From positions 251,051 through 315,050 of the forward strand of contig NW_005434651.1 of NCBI RefSeq assembly GCF_000315625.1: a DNA stretch of 64,000 nucleotides. The letters are read 5' to 3'. Position 1 is the stretch's first letter. Every line of letters starts with the position of its first letter. Of the stretch, positions 12,536 to 24,800 are shown piece after piece. The translations under genes were made by a program, and so were the position numbers. This stretch comes from Guillardia theta CCMP2712. Its lineage: Eukaryota > Protista > Cryptophyta. Under the pieces are notes generated by a model, which was given only the letters and a program-made list of their open reading frames with translations, was not told the DNA's origin and ran no database searches.

Positions 12536-12834
12536 CCCAGCAGCGCGGCCCCATCCCGTCGCATCCACCGTCCCGTCATGGCGACGACTCTTCGTGTCAT
12601 TCATAAGACCACCTACCCTATACCTTCCCCAATGCATTCTGAGTATATCAGGGGTACTGAAATTGATTGGGTGGGGTACTTCAGTCGATGTATACCCAAC
12701 AGGGTGGGTACTTATGGTCAGAGGTGAGGTACCGAGGGAGTAGAGTCAATCTACGAGGAGGGGGTGGGGGTGGGGTGTTGCGAAGAGGCGTCGCGATGGC
12801 AAGAACGCGATGGGAGGAGGGAGGGAGGGAGAGG

Positions 12835-14867
12835 ATGATCATGGCAGGTGGCGCATTCCTGTTCTCGCTCCTCCTCATCTCCTCGTGGACGAGCATGAGA
12901 GCTCTGCCCAGAGGAGAAGAGGTTGCTCTCGAAGGTGCTCCTTGTGATGGCACTGGAATCGAAGATTGTCAGATAGTGAAAAAGTTTGACCCCAAGGCGA
13001 TCTACTCCAGCGACGCCAACATTGACCTCGAACATCCTAACAGAATTGACTTCTATGGAGACATGTTCCAGAACTTCCCTAAGGGCGAAGACACCTTGCT
13101 CACGAAAGGTAAATATGACCTCCCACGCTTTGCGCCGGATGCTGATGTGACTTGCAGTGATGAAGCTGAAGAGAAAGCTGGCAAGCCTTGCAAGGAAGCA
13201 GAAGATGTTCATGGACAAGCTCGATCGTCCTCCTGCCGTTTCCGTCGAGGTCCTTCCTGGCGAGGTGATGCTTTGTTAAGTCTTGAGCACGGTCTAATCG
13301 AACCCATCAGCCCGGTAGAACAGGACCAAGAGGAGTAAGAGGAGTTGTGGGCCCGCCAGGGTACATGGGACTGACAGGACCGATGGGCCGTCCAGGCTTG
13401 CAGGGCAGACCAGGAGTTCCTGGCGACATGGGCCCCATGGGCCTCCCTGGGCTACCTGGCGACCAGGGAGATCGAGGCAGGACCGGCGTCCCCGGCATCC
13501 AGGGACCTCCGGGCCCGCGAGGTCTCGTCGGCGAACCAGGACAGAAAGGAGACAATGGACCCCCAGGGTATCCGGGCGACAACGGTCCAGCTGGTCTTCC
13601 AGGTCAACGAGGAAACCCGGGCCTGCGCGGAGACTCTCCACGAGGACCTCCGGGAGATCCTGGCACCCCTGGTGCTCGAGGCCTTCCTGGACCCAAGGGC
13701 CCCCCTGGTGCACGAGGACCCCCTGGTCCTCCTGGAAACGTCGGGCCCCAGGGAGACATCGGAGCCCGGGGTGCCCAGGGTCCCGCAGGCAAGGACACCG
13801 ACGTGATCAGCGCTAACATGTGTCCCGGGATCCGAGAGGAATCGAAGAAACACGTGTGCTGCGGCACATCTAATGTGGCATGGGAAGACTTCAAGACATA
13901 CGGCACGCTCATCGACGTCAACACAGACCGGTGCAAGTTCCTCAATGACGATGTGATGTACTTCACCAGCGTGTCTGGCAACAGCTTGATCGGCGGGTTT
14001 GCCGGGGTGGGCAGCATCCACGACTCGAAGAAGGACAGCTTTCGTATGTACGTGATGGCGCCGGCGAAGACCCGACAGGCGTGGGAGGTCAACTCCAACC
14101 AGGTCAAGGTGCAGTGGTGCGGCGTGGGCGAGTCCACTGGGCCTCAGGAAGTCGGGCTTTGCTGCGGGCTGACCTCCCCCAATGACTGGTCCAACGACAA
14201 CGCAGGGAGAAGCATCCAAGTCAACATCAACACGAAGGCTTGTCAGTTCGGAGGGAGCCCACAGTACTTCAGTACGCTGAGCGGCATGGGCGCCGTGCAG
14301 GACACGGTCGGCACCGCCTCCATCTACCCGGGATCCGACCTTCCTAAGAACTCGTTCCGCTCCATGATCGGGGGCCTGAGCTCGTACCTTGACACCGTCT
14401 CCAAGGCGAATGCCCGAGTGAACAAGTGGCAGCTGGGATGGTGCGGGATCGGGTCCGTGTTCCCGACCGGAGACATGCTCATCAACCGCAAGGAGATCAC
14501 GGCGGCCGAGTACCCTTGCACGGGAGTACGACTGGTGTCGGGGAGCTCGGTAGCGAGCAATGCGGCGAGGGCCTGCTGCGGGATATCGGAGGGCCAGTGG
14601 AAGTCGGACTCGACCAACCTCGTCTACGAGTACGTCGACACGTCATCGTGCAACTTCAAAGCCAGCCCGGCCCCCGTCTACCTTACGAGCCTCAGGGGCA
14701 CAGGCAAGCTCTTCGAGATGGGAGGGGTAACCTCCGTGTACGACCCGTCAGTCAAGGGCTTCACGACCAAGCTGATGCTCAGCTCGGTGTCAGGAAACAT
14801 GGATGTAGACAAGGCGAAGCAGTACAGCCTGCAGGTACAATGGTGCGGCTTCGGGGAGAAGGCCTAA
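12835..14867 (+). CDS. Secreted collagen-domain protein with three C-terminal Cys-rich (H-type-lectin-like) repeats, copy B
   Basis: Signal peptide [23 protein letters not shown]; basic helical segment ([21 protein letters not shown]); about 50 G-X-Y triplets; three ~100 aa repeats; two short introns near 13109 and 13265. Confidence 0.88.
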
Positions 14868-14936
14868 TCGCATCTTGTTGTTTTCGCACTAATCTTGAAA
14901 TACCACAAACGTGACAATTGACTCTCCTTACCTCCC

Positions 14937-17313
14937 TTACCCATCAGTCCTGCTCTGTATTGACGCAATTCGTGCCCATACTGCTTGACCGAACTGTTGT
15001 CCATTGAATGGAACAAGGCTGTACAGGAGGGGTGCTAGTCAGACTGGGGAAAGCAAGGAGAGGTTACGTACTCGCGCGGCATGTGGTTCCGAGCATAAAC
15101 AGAGAAGGCGTCTACCAGCAAGACGCACTTGTTCCGGAAGTGAAAACGATGCAGTCCCCTGCTCTCATCGCAACCATCACTGCAATGCGCCTCGCATGGG
15201 GTGGGAGGGAAAGGGGGCGGGTCCGCACTGACCTGTGGATCCCTCGCCTGGGCTCATGCCAAAGGCCGAAGAAGTTTGATATCGGTTTCCTGCCGCCCGA
15301 TCAGCGAGAGAGCGCGTGGGGTCAGAGTACCAGGGGGTGGACGAAGTGATGTGACCTTGAGAGTTGAGGGTGTGATTCGACAGACCGCCTTCATAGTACA
15401 CCACCTGAAGCAGCAGCATCAGCCTCTCTCACTCTCAGATAGCCAGGGAGTATCTGACCCAGGGCTGGGAGCAAGATTGATACTCGGTTATGAGATCGAG
15501 CTCCTTGAGATTCCGGACGACATGAGACGCAGCGAGCATGTTGCCCAGCATCTCCTCGTAGTTGCCCAGCAAGAGGCTCTCCGGCGAGACCTCCGACCCA
15601 TTCACTAACATCACAATATCAATGCGTGCGATACCATCTGGATGTGATCCGGCAGGTCGTTCAGCTTCAGTCGGCTGCAAACTTCGACGTTAGCTAGTGT
15701 CCTTGATCAAGACTCGAGCCAAATTCCTCGCAAGGACGGAATGGCAACCTGTCATATCGGCGATAGTGCATGGCATCCATGTTGGCTCCGCGTTCACCAA
15801 TGTGAAAATCCCGCGGAACCTGATGTACCTTTAGACCGCGGAGGAGGAGGAGGAGGAGGAGGAGGAGGAGGATCGTATGTAACCTCTGGAAACAGACATT
15901 CTCTGCCCTTCCTCTGTTCATCTTCACGCAGCCAATGATCCCAGTGAGTCTCTGATGACCAACATCATCCATCCGAGCGTACTGGCAAAGAAACTTACCC
16001 GGCCAGTGTGGAAGCCATTCATGCGTCACGATCTCCCGCAGGGCCAGCCAGCCCAGCCCGATGAACCATTCAGTCCGATAGACTTGACTGGAGTCCAGGG
16101 CAAGCGTCTCGAAGCCATTGTCGTTGTAGGCTGAGACGCAGTAGACGGTGGCGTCTTTTTTCATCACTACAATAAGGTCATGCTGAGGACAACTGTTTTC
16201 CTTCTCTTTCACTTTCCTGGTGCATACAGAAGGAAGAATTCCAGGAAATCAGGGGCGAAGACCATGTCTTCCTCTACGACAATGCAGAACCTACGCAAGG
16301 AGGGATGTAGAGGTTCAGGGTTGAAGGTTATCTGGATTCGCAAGACAAGTCACTCACTGCACTGACTCGTCGGCAAAGACATCACTCAGAACGAACTTGT
16401 AATGGTCTGCAATGTAGGCGGCAGATTCTTTCAGCTCTGCAAGAGAAGAATTCACGACCGACGAAAGCAAGACCTCTCGGAACCTTTTCTGACATGATGC
16501 TTTATCGCGACGCCCATGGAGGTGGCAGCCTGCAGCTCGGTCGTCAACCCATCCATGAAAAACCTTGGTCCTTACCTGAGAAGTCGATGCTTCGAAGCCA
16601 TCTTGATAGACCGTGATGCTCGAGCGTTTGACACCTCGCACAGACAGCAACGACGTCAGGCACCTACCACTCAGGTCAAGAGCTCCAAGAAAGCTATCCC
16701 CTCACGGCCTAACCTTCGCAAATACATCTCTCTGTTGTAGGCCACTACAGCTATAGGGAGATCTTTGAGGAGCTGCTGTCCACGAGGGTTGGACACAAAC
16801 AGAGTAGCTGTCATCGCTCTAGTTGCGTTCCCTGGCGCTTCTGACATACGAATCTGACTTATTGCATGATGAGCTGAGTCGGTAGCAAGGTATTCATGAG
16901 CGCTCCTATCTTCCCTTCCTCCTGTCAGCCTTTCCTCTTGATCCAGCGCTGGTTGATCAGCCACGACGTTAAAGTTGCTTCCACTTCCCCCTCCTCCCCC
17001 CCCCTCCTTCTATCTTTCCCAATCTTGCTGATCCTCCAACCCGATTCAGAGTTGAGCCACCAACCAGGGCGTTATCGGTATTTACATCTCCTCCTCCTCG
17101 TAGCCCTTCCGGCCACCGGCTACCTTCCATCTCCTTCGTCATCCTGCGAAGGATCCCCTGCATTCTCGCAGTCTCCGAGAGCGATCGGAGTGCTCTGGCG
17201 TCCAGGGACGATGATCGATGCAGCATGCTCGAGGAAAGGTGTGCAAACATCGCCATGTTCCACCAGCTCAGCCCGGCCACTGCAGCCAGCGCTACCATCG
17301 CCGACCTGGTCAT
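14937..17313 (-). CDS. GT13 beta-1,2-N-acetylglucosaminyltransferase, POMGNT1/GnT-I-like, multi-exon
   Basis: N-terminal anchor; motifs PIAVVAYNR, ITVYQDG, IADHYKFVL, VVEEDM.FAPDF, VYCVSAYNDNG, YRTEWFIGLGW, HWLR...RECLFPEV, HIGERG; C-terminal RGLHRF..VLLV..SVY resembles the POMGNT1 tail. Confidence 0.85.
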
Positions 17314-17594
17314 CCATAGCCACCAAGCCGAAACTTAGAAACTTTGATGTTCAAACTTTGAATGTCCAAACCTTATTCTTTGCTTTCACAAACTTTGGAA
17401 GTGTTGGTTAATGAATCTGAACCCGCCCCGCCACCACCATGCCATCTCCCGACCAGCCAACCTCCTACCTGATCCCGTCCCCGTCTCCGTCTCCCATTAT
17501 CGTCATGATCCTCCTCCTCCCATATCATCTTCATGCTCCTCTTGCTTCCTCGTGATCTCAATGCTCGTTTTCTTTCCCATCTGATTCAATAGTT

Positions 17595-19418
17595 TCACAA
17601 TAGTTGAGTTGATATGTCTTCGTCAACATTTTGTTTCTTTATTGCATTTGAATCATATTCATCATGGCACGAAGGTTGCTGATATGCGTAGTTGCGCTCA
17701 GGGATGAGTTCAGATGCAGCCGAATTGATCTCCAAGCAGGAGGAGGAGATCGCAAGGTATTGAAAGATGAATACTTCATCAGCGATTTTATTCTTTGTCA
17801 GGCTCAAGTCTGAACTTCAAAAGTCCATGAAGGAACGACAGAACCTGGCAACTTACCTGTGATTGATGTTCGTTTCCCTGAATCGTTCTGATCATGAATC
17901 GATGATAGACAACAACTCGAACAAGCATCTCAAGCAAGTCACGACGAACTCAAGATGTGAGAGCTGTTCAAAGCTCGAAGGATCAGAAACGATTGACATC
18001 CTGATTGTGAATCGCTAGGATGAAGGAGGCTTATGTCCAACAGGAAGAAAGCTTCCAACAGAAATGGAATGCAGAGCATGAAAGGTTGTAATGGCTGAGA
18101 GGGGTTGTTCACATGAAAATTGATATGTTGCAAAGATTTCAAGACCTAGTGGCAGATATCCAAAGAAAGTATTCTGAAGAAAGAAAACCATGGTTAGTCT
18201 GCTCCGAAGAAGCCGTAAGTCTATTTTATTCATTCATTTCACAGGATAACGAATTCAACAGAAGAAATCTCCACCCTCTACCAACAGACGAAGGAGTTTT
18301 CATCCACGTTGAGGGAGAACCCTTCAAAGCTGGATGAATGAATGACTTCATTGTAACGCACAGAAGGCGCTATTCTATTCATGTAGGTGTTATCCTCCCT
18401 TTTAAATATTAAAACTTTGGTCCATTCTTTCAGTGGCCCTTCCAAGGAGTCTGAGCCTATGGAAGAGTTCAAGCTTCAGATCACTCCGGGACTGACATAA
18501 GGTCTCAAGTGAACATAGTTTCACTCCTGCTCGCCTACAACCACGTCATTGGCCAAGTTGACATCACTGTCTGGGCATACCTTCTCAGAGAGCATAGAGC
18601 CTCCAAGTGAACCCCCTAGGCTGTAATCATCCATGCTTCAAAGGTCGTGAACCGACGTCGCATGTTCAACGAAAAGAACCTGAGAGAAGTTGTCCATGCT
18701 GGGAGATTGACGGATTGTCTGGGAATGCTTTCGATGGGGGTTTCAAATAATTCTTTTTCTGCAGCTATCAAAGACGTTTAGCATTGTAAAACGCAGCAGA
18801 ATGAAAAATTTACCCAGGCATTCTGGCAAAATCTCAGAGACAACACGAATGCACTTGCTTGAAGTCTGGATGGCTTCCTGTAACCTTGCACGTTCACGAG
18901 CAAATCGCTCTTTGTACTCCTCAAGGACATTCTAGCCGGGTTGTCAAATAAGAAAAGTGTTCCACAGACATTTTACCTGAAAGCGACGATTCTCTGCTTG
19001 CAATATGTCCCTGATCTGGGCGTCTCTTTTGGACATGTAGAGCCTGAACAATTATATGCACAAAACGCAGAAATCAAACCCAGCCAAAGACAAAGCCATC
19101 GAAAACCTGAACTCTTGCAGCTGTTGCTGATTGCGGTGAATCGCGCCTTCTTGCATCTTGCAACAGTTTAGTAAGAACCAAATTGGCTCACTCCAACCGA
19201 AATTGAAATCTTGAGTCTCTCCTCCTCATGCCGGCTATTCTTCAGCTCATGCTTCAAAGATTTAGATCCCAAGACAATCGCGCGATTGTCCTTACCTGCA
19301 GCTCAAGTATTTCATTTTCGCGAAGGAACTTCGCATCTATGTCCATGCTTGTCTTATCTAAAGGAAAAAATCAGTTTTGTTGTGTACCAGGAGAGCAAGA
19401 GTCACGCGCCATAGGCAT
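17595..19418 (-). CDS. Hypothetical multi-exon coiled-coil protein (boundaries approximate)
   Basis: Short coding segments (DIDAKFLRENEILELQ, SLKHELKNSRHEEERLK, EYKERFARERARLQEAIQ) bounded by GT/AG; no family recognised. Confidence 0.4.
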
Positions 19419-21360
19419 TGGCCGCCTGTCCGCCCACCGAAGAGTTCAAATAATTCGACATCTGATACCTTGAGAAACAAAAGAAGCTGTTATGCCTCGT
19501 TTAGAAGTGAAACCAAGGTCAAACGATAATCAAGATGTCTCAAAAGGTCTAGAACCCAGACAGGTAGGACATCACACGGAGCAATCTATGAACATTCTCA
19601 CATGTTTTGCTTGGCGTGAACGAGACACTCACAGAGAGGCAAGAAACAACATCAATCTGATTTGCGAGAGGAATAACAATATACAATATTCTGGACATAT
19701 CTACGATGATGAGTGGAGGGAGAGCAGCAGTGTGGGCAGGGCACACTATGGCAGCGGCAGCGGGCAGCTGGGGCAACGCAGAGGAACGAGTGGGAGGGGT
19801 ACGGCAGCTGAATGAGTAAACTTCAAAGGAACTGCAGGAGGAACTTGTGAGAAGGACGAGCAGTGGCACTGCAAAGGAAAGAGGAGCTACAACAGCAGCA
19901 GCAGCCACCAGGCGCGAGAGCTTCGAAGCTTATCGGTCCTGGCAAGGAACATGAGAAGCGAGGCAACGATGATGCTGCCAGACTCCTAGTCACCCGGTGC
20001 CGGGGGTACTGGGGAGGGGTAGTGTACACCAGGGATCGGAGGCACTTGAAGAGTGGGGTAGGGCCGTGCCTTCAACTTCTGAACCGTCTCTAGTGAGGCT
20101 GGGCCGTACTTTACCGTAACTTAGTAACGGGCCGGGGCACGGCGCCGGGGGCAGGCTCCCGGGCGGCCCGGGCCGGGCACTGACGCCGCTGCCCTGGCGG
20201 CCGGGTCAAAGCCTTGACCGTGAGGTGCCCTGAGGCAGTGCCGCCGCGCCGCTCGCGGCTGGTTATGGAAACGGTGACCCGGCATTAGTCAAAGTCTGAT
20301 CAGAATCAGAAACTGAACTCCGAAGGTATAATCAGGAGTCCGGGCCAACGCATAGTCACCAACTTGAACAGCCTGTTAATACTTCAAACTTCAGGCTTGC
20401 CAAAGTTCCGATTCAATGCACGGTGTAGCGAAGCGTGTCACTGAGGAGGCGGGGACTCCGGAAACGATGCCATCAGTAGCGCCCGCCGACTGAAGTTAGT
20501 CACGGCGGCCCGCCGCCCGTTTGAATTGCTGAGTAAACTGGGGGCCTGATTTTAGGGACTCAGACTCGCCGCCGTTCCCAGCGGCGGGGGCCGGGCCGGC
20601 CCGGGCCGGGCGCGGCGGCGGCGGCGACGGGAGTCACGACCAGTGTGACTCACTCTCAGGCTGGCAGTCACGGTGGCCCCCGGGCCGGGCCGCCCTGCCG
20701 GGCCCACCGCCGTGAGTCCCGGCCCTGAGATCAGTGATCTCGGGCCCCCGGGGGGTCCCGCCGTCCCGTCCCGCCGCGTGACGGTCAAAGCCTTGCCTTG
20801 AACTTAGATCTTCAACCGATGCGGCACTGCCAGCCGCAACCCGCGAGCTCCCCGGCGCGGCCCCTTCCGTCGGAGGCTCACGGAGTCACTGGTCCCCGGG
20901 CCCGGCTGCGAAGCCTACGGTACTACCGTAAGTGATCATCCGATCCTGTTTTACTCAACTCGCATGCCATTGTCCTCGTACTGACTTTTGAGTAAAAAGA
21001 CGAGGCGGCCGCAAAAACTCGCTCTCTGTACCCGGTTCTGTTGGACCCCTACCTGATCATTTACAAACCTTTTGCGGTCTCTTACACCCGTGCGAAGTCT
21101 GCTACTACCCACCCTTTGAATGGAATAAAAGTACCTTGCGAGGAGCATCTCCAACAGAGATGATCTTCATGGTGTCGATTAAGGGGTGGGTAGTCAAAGC
21201 AGTAGGGGTGTTCAAGTGATACTCCATGAGGAGGGGTCTGTTACCCAGCAACTCACAGTATTTCAATGGGTAGGGCACCACAAGGAAGGGAGAATCTTTT
21301 GAACAAGGTAGGGGTGATGAAAACTAGAGGGTAGGGGTCAACGAAGATAAAATAATATAA

Positions 21361-21460
21361 GTAACCAGCAGCTGATGGGAGGGTAGGGGTCAGTTACCAG
21401 CAGATGCTGATGGGAGGGTAGGGGTCAGTTACCAGCAGATGCTGATGGGAGGGTAGGGGT
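21361..21460. repeat. Three tandem 32-35 bp units (GTTACCAGCAGATGCTGATGGGAGGGTAGGGGTCA)
   Basis: Direct; the full unit contains the dyad CAGCA-GA-TGCTG and GGGTAGGGG. Confidence 0.85.
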
Positions 21461-21834
21461 TAATCACCAGCAACTGTTCACTTTGCCGAGTAGGGGTACT
21501 TTCAAGTAAATTGAAAGGTACTAGGTGGAAGCCAACATGGATTGCGAGGAACAGGGGGTAGGGTAGCCCTCCCGAGCTGGTGAAGGGAAAGAAGGAAATG
21601 CTCGATCCATCAGAAGCGAAGGCAAGAGAAAAGAACGGAGGATAGTGGTGTTGAGAGAAATTCATATCAGACATCAACATACGTGCGATACAATATTGCA
21701 GTTGAGAGTTGCTGAAGAGCAAGAAATAAATCATGAATGCTTCTGTCAAGAATTCATGTGGATTTCAGGAGTACCATACTTCTCAAAAAACATTGAGAAA
21801 ACGAGCTTCAATAATACGATCAGACCAAAAAACT

Positions 21835-24800
21835 ATGATATTATTGATCAGCATGTACATATTAACGGCATCCTGCACGAACATAACAAATCAGACAAAC
21901 GTAAATTGTACACAAAAGTCAGACAATTCTTCCATAGCTATTGCAACCCAACATATGTTGACAGAACAAAAGGAAGAAAACTTAAACCTGAATCAGATCG
22001 CATGTGAAACAAATAACTTTGGTCTATCCTGCCAACAAACCTGTTCCCCCGAGGTGAACTGTACTGGACATGGACGGTGCAGCGGGTGGGACGGGGAGTG
22101 CATATGCCTTGAGGGGTGGGGCGGGGCGCGGTGCGGAGAGGCGACGGGAGCGGGAAGCGGAGGGTGCGACGGGGAGCACGGGGGGCCGGGCTGCCTAGCG
22201 TGCAGGGCGGGAGAGTACGGGCAGGGGTGCAACGAGTCGTGCAGCGCGAACGCGACGTGCTCGGGGCACGGGCGGTGCGGCGGGTGGGACGGGGAGTGCA
22301 TATGCCTTGAGGGGTGGGGCGGGGCGCGGTGCGGAGAGGCGACGGGAGCGGGAAGCGGAGGGTGCGACGGGGAGCACGGGGGGCCGGGCTGCCTAGCGTG
22401 CAGGGCGGGAGAGTACGGGCAGGGGTGCAACGAGTCGTGCAGCGCGAACGCGACGTGCTCGGGGCACGGGCGGTGCGGCGGGTGGGACGGGGAGTGCATA
22501 TGCCTTGAGGGTTGGTTTGGAATGTTTTGTTCTGTGCCCTTGTTCAATTTGTCTTCTCCTTTTTGGATGTTGCTGTGACAGGTACCACAATGGATTTTTC
22601 AAGCACGCCTATATATGGTTCATCCATGTCATCTTCTAATGGTTCCAATTTTATGGATTTGTTTGGCACAACGAATCATTCATTTATTCTATCAAACGCA
22701 TCTTTCCCAGGACTGGAATCAACTGCCACGTGGATCTCACAGATAGTAAGTTCGACGACGAACTTAGACACGACGACTGGGGCAGGCGAGGGAGGAGCGT
22801 CGTCCACGACCCAGGCGAGTACGCCAGCGCCAAGCACGCCGTCTTGGCAGACAAGTGTTGACGGCTATCTTGTCGGAAATACTTCAAGCGCAGGCATCGA
22901 GACATCAGCGACGTGGGAGTCATCGACTAGCACGCCAGTGCCGAGCTCGACAGAGCTATCCAACGTGTCATCAACGTCGACGACGACTGCGATAGACAGC
23001 AAGCTGTACACGACGACGGGGGCAGGCGAGGGAGGAGCGTCGTCTACGACCCAGGCGAGTACGCCAGCGCCAAGCACGCCGTCTTGGCAGACAAGTGTTG
23101 ACGGCTATCTTGTCGGAAATACTTCAAGCGCAGGCATCGAGACATCAGCGACGTGGGAGTCATCGACTAGCACGCCAGTGCCGAGCTCGACAGAGTCGTA
23201 CAACGTGTCATCAACGTCGACGACGACTGCGATAGACAGCAAGCTGTACACGACGACGGGGGCAGGCGAGGGAGGAGCGTCGTCCACGACCCAGGCGAGT
23301 ACGCCAGCGCCAAGCACGCCGTCTTGGCAGACAAGTGTTGACGGCTATCTTGTCGGAAATACTTCAAGTGTAGGCATCGAGACATCAGCGACGTGGGAGT
23401 CGTCGACTAGCACGCCAGTGCCGAGCTCGACAGAGCTATCCAACGTGTCATCAACGTCGACGACGACTGCGATAGACAGCAAGCTGTACACGACGACGGG
23501 GGCAGGCGAGGGAGGAGCGTCGTCCACGACCCAGGCGAGTACGCCAGCGCCAAGCACGCCGTCTTGGCAGACAAGTGTTGACGGCTATCTTGTCGGAAAT
23601 ACTTCAAGCGCAGGCATCGAGACATCAGCGACGTGGGAGTCATCGACTAGCACGCCAGTGCCGAGCTCGACAGAGTCGTACAACGTGTCATCAACGTCGA
23701 CGACGACTGCGATAGACAGCAAGCTGTACACGACGACAGGAACGTCGTCTACGACCCAGGCGAGTACGCCAGCGCCAAGCACGGCAGTGCCGAGCTCGAC
23801 AGAGCTATCCAACGTGTCATCAACGTCGACGACGACTGCGATAGACAGCAAGCTGTACACGACGACAGGAACGTCGTCTACGACCCAGGCGAGTACGCCA
23901 GCGCCAAGCATGCCTTCTTGGCAGACAAGTGTTGACGGCTATCTTGTCGGAAATACTTCAAGCGCAGGCATCGAGACATCAGCGACGTGGGAGTCGTCGA
24001 CTAGCACGCCAGTGCCGAGCTCGACAGAGCTATCCAACGTGTCATCAACGTCGACGACGACTGCGATAGACAGCAAGCTGTACACGACGACAGGAACGTC
24101 GTCTACGACCCAGGCGAGTACGCCAGCGCCAAGCACGGCAGTGCCGAGCTCGACAGAGTCGTTCAACGTGTCATCAACGTCGACGACGACTGCGATAGAC
24201 AGCAAGCTGTACACGACGACAGGAGCGTCGTCTACGACCCAGGCGAGTACGCCAGCGCCGAGCTCGACAGAGCCGATCTCGACAGAGCTATCCAACGTGT
24301 CATCAACGTCGACGACGACTGCGATAGACAGCAAGCTGTACACGACGACGGGGGCAGGCGAGGGAGGAGCGTCGTCTACGACCCAGGCGAGTACGCCAGC
24401 GCCAAGCACGCCGTCTTGGCAGACAAGTGTTGACGGCTATCTTGTCGGAAATACTTCAAGCGCAGGCATCGAGACATCAGCGACGTGGGAGTCGTCGACT
24501 AGCACGCCAGTGCCGAGCTCGACAGAGCTATCCAACGTGTCATCAACGTCGACGACGACTGCGATAGACAGCAAGCTGTACACGACGACAGGAGCGTCGT
24601 CTACGACCCAGGCGAGTACGCCAGCGCCAAGCTCGACAGAGTCGTTCAACGTGTCATCAACGTCGTCAAATGTGACGAGTGCTATGCAGTTTTTGCTTGA
24701 AACAACTCCATCAGGTTCTTCATTCTTCAATTGGACTCAGTTCCTTAGTACAGCTAAACAAGACAACGATTACTTTAGTTCCCTCAAACTGCTTGAGCTT

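Noticed and set aside
19700-20093. Short ORFs next to the 20 kb island
   Set aside because: No motif or splice support
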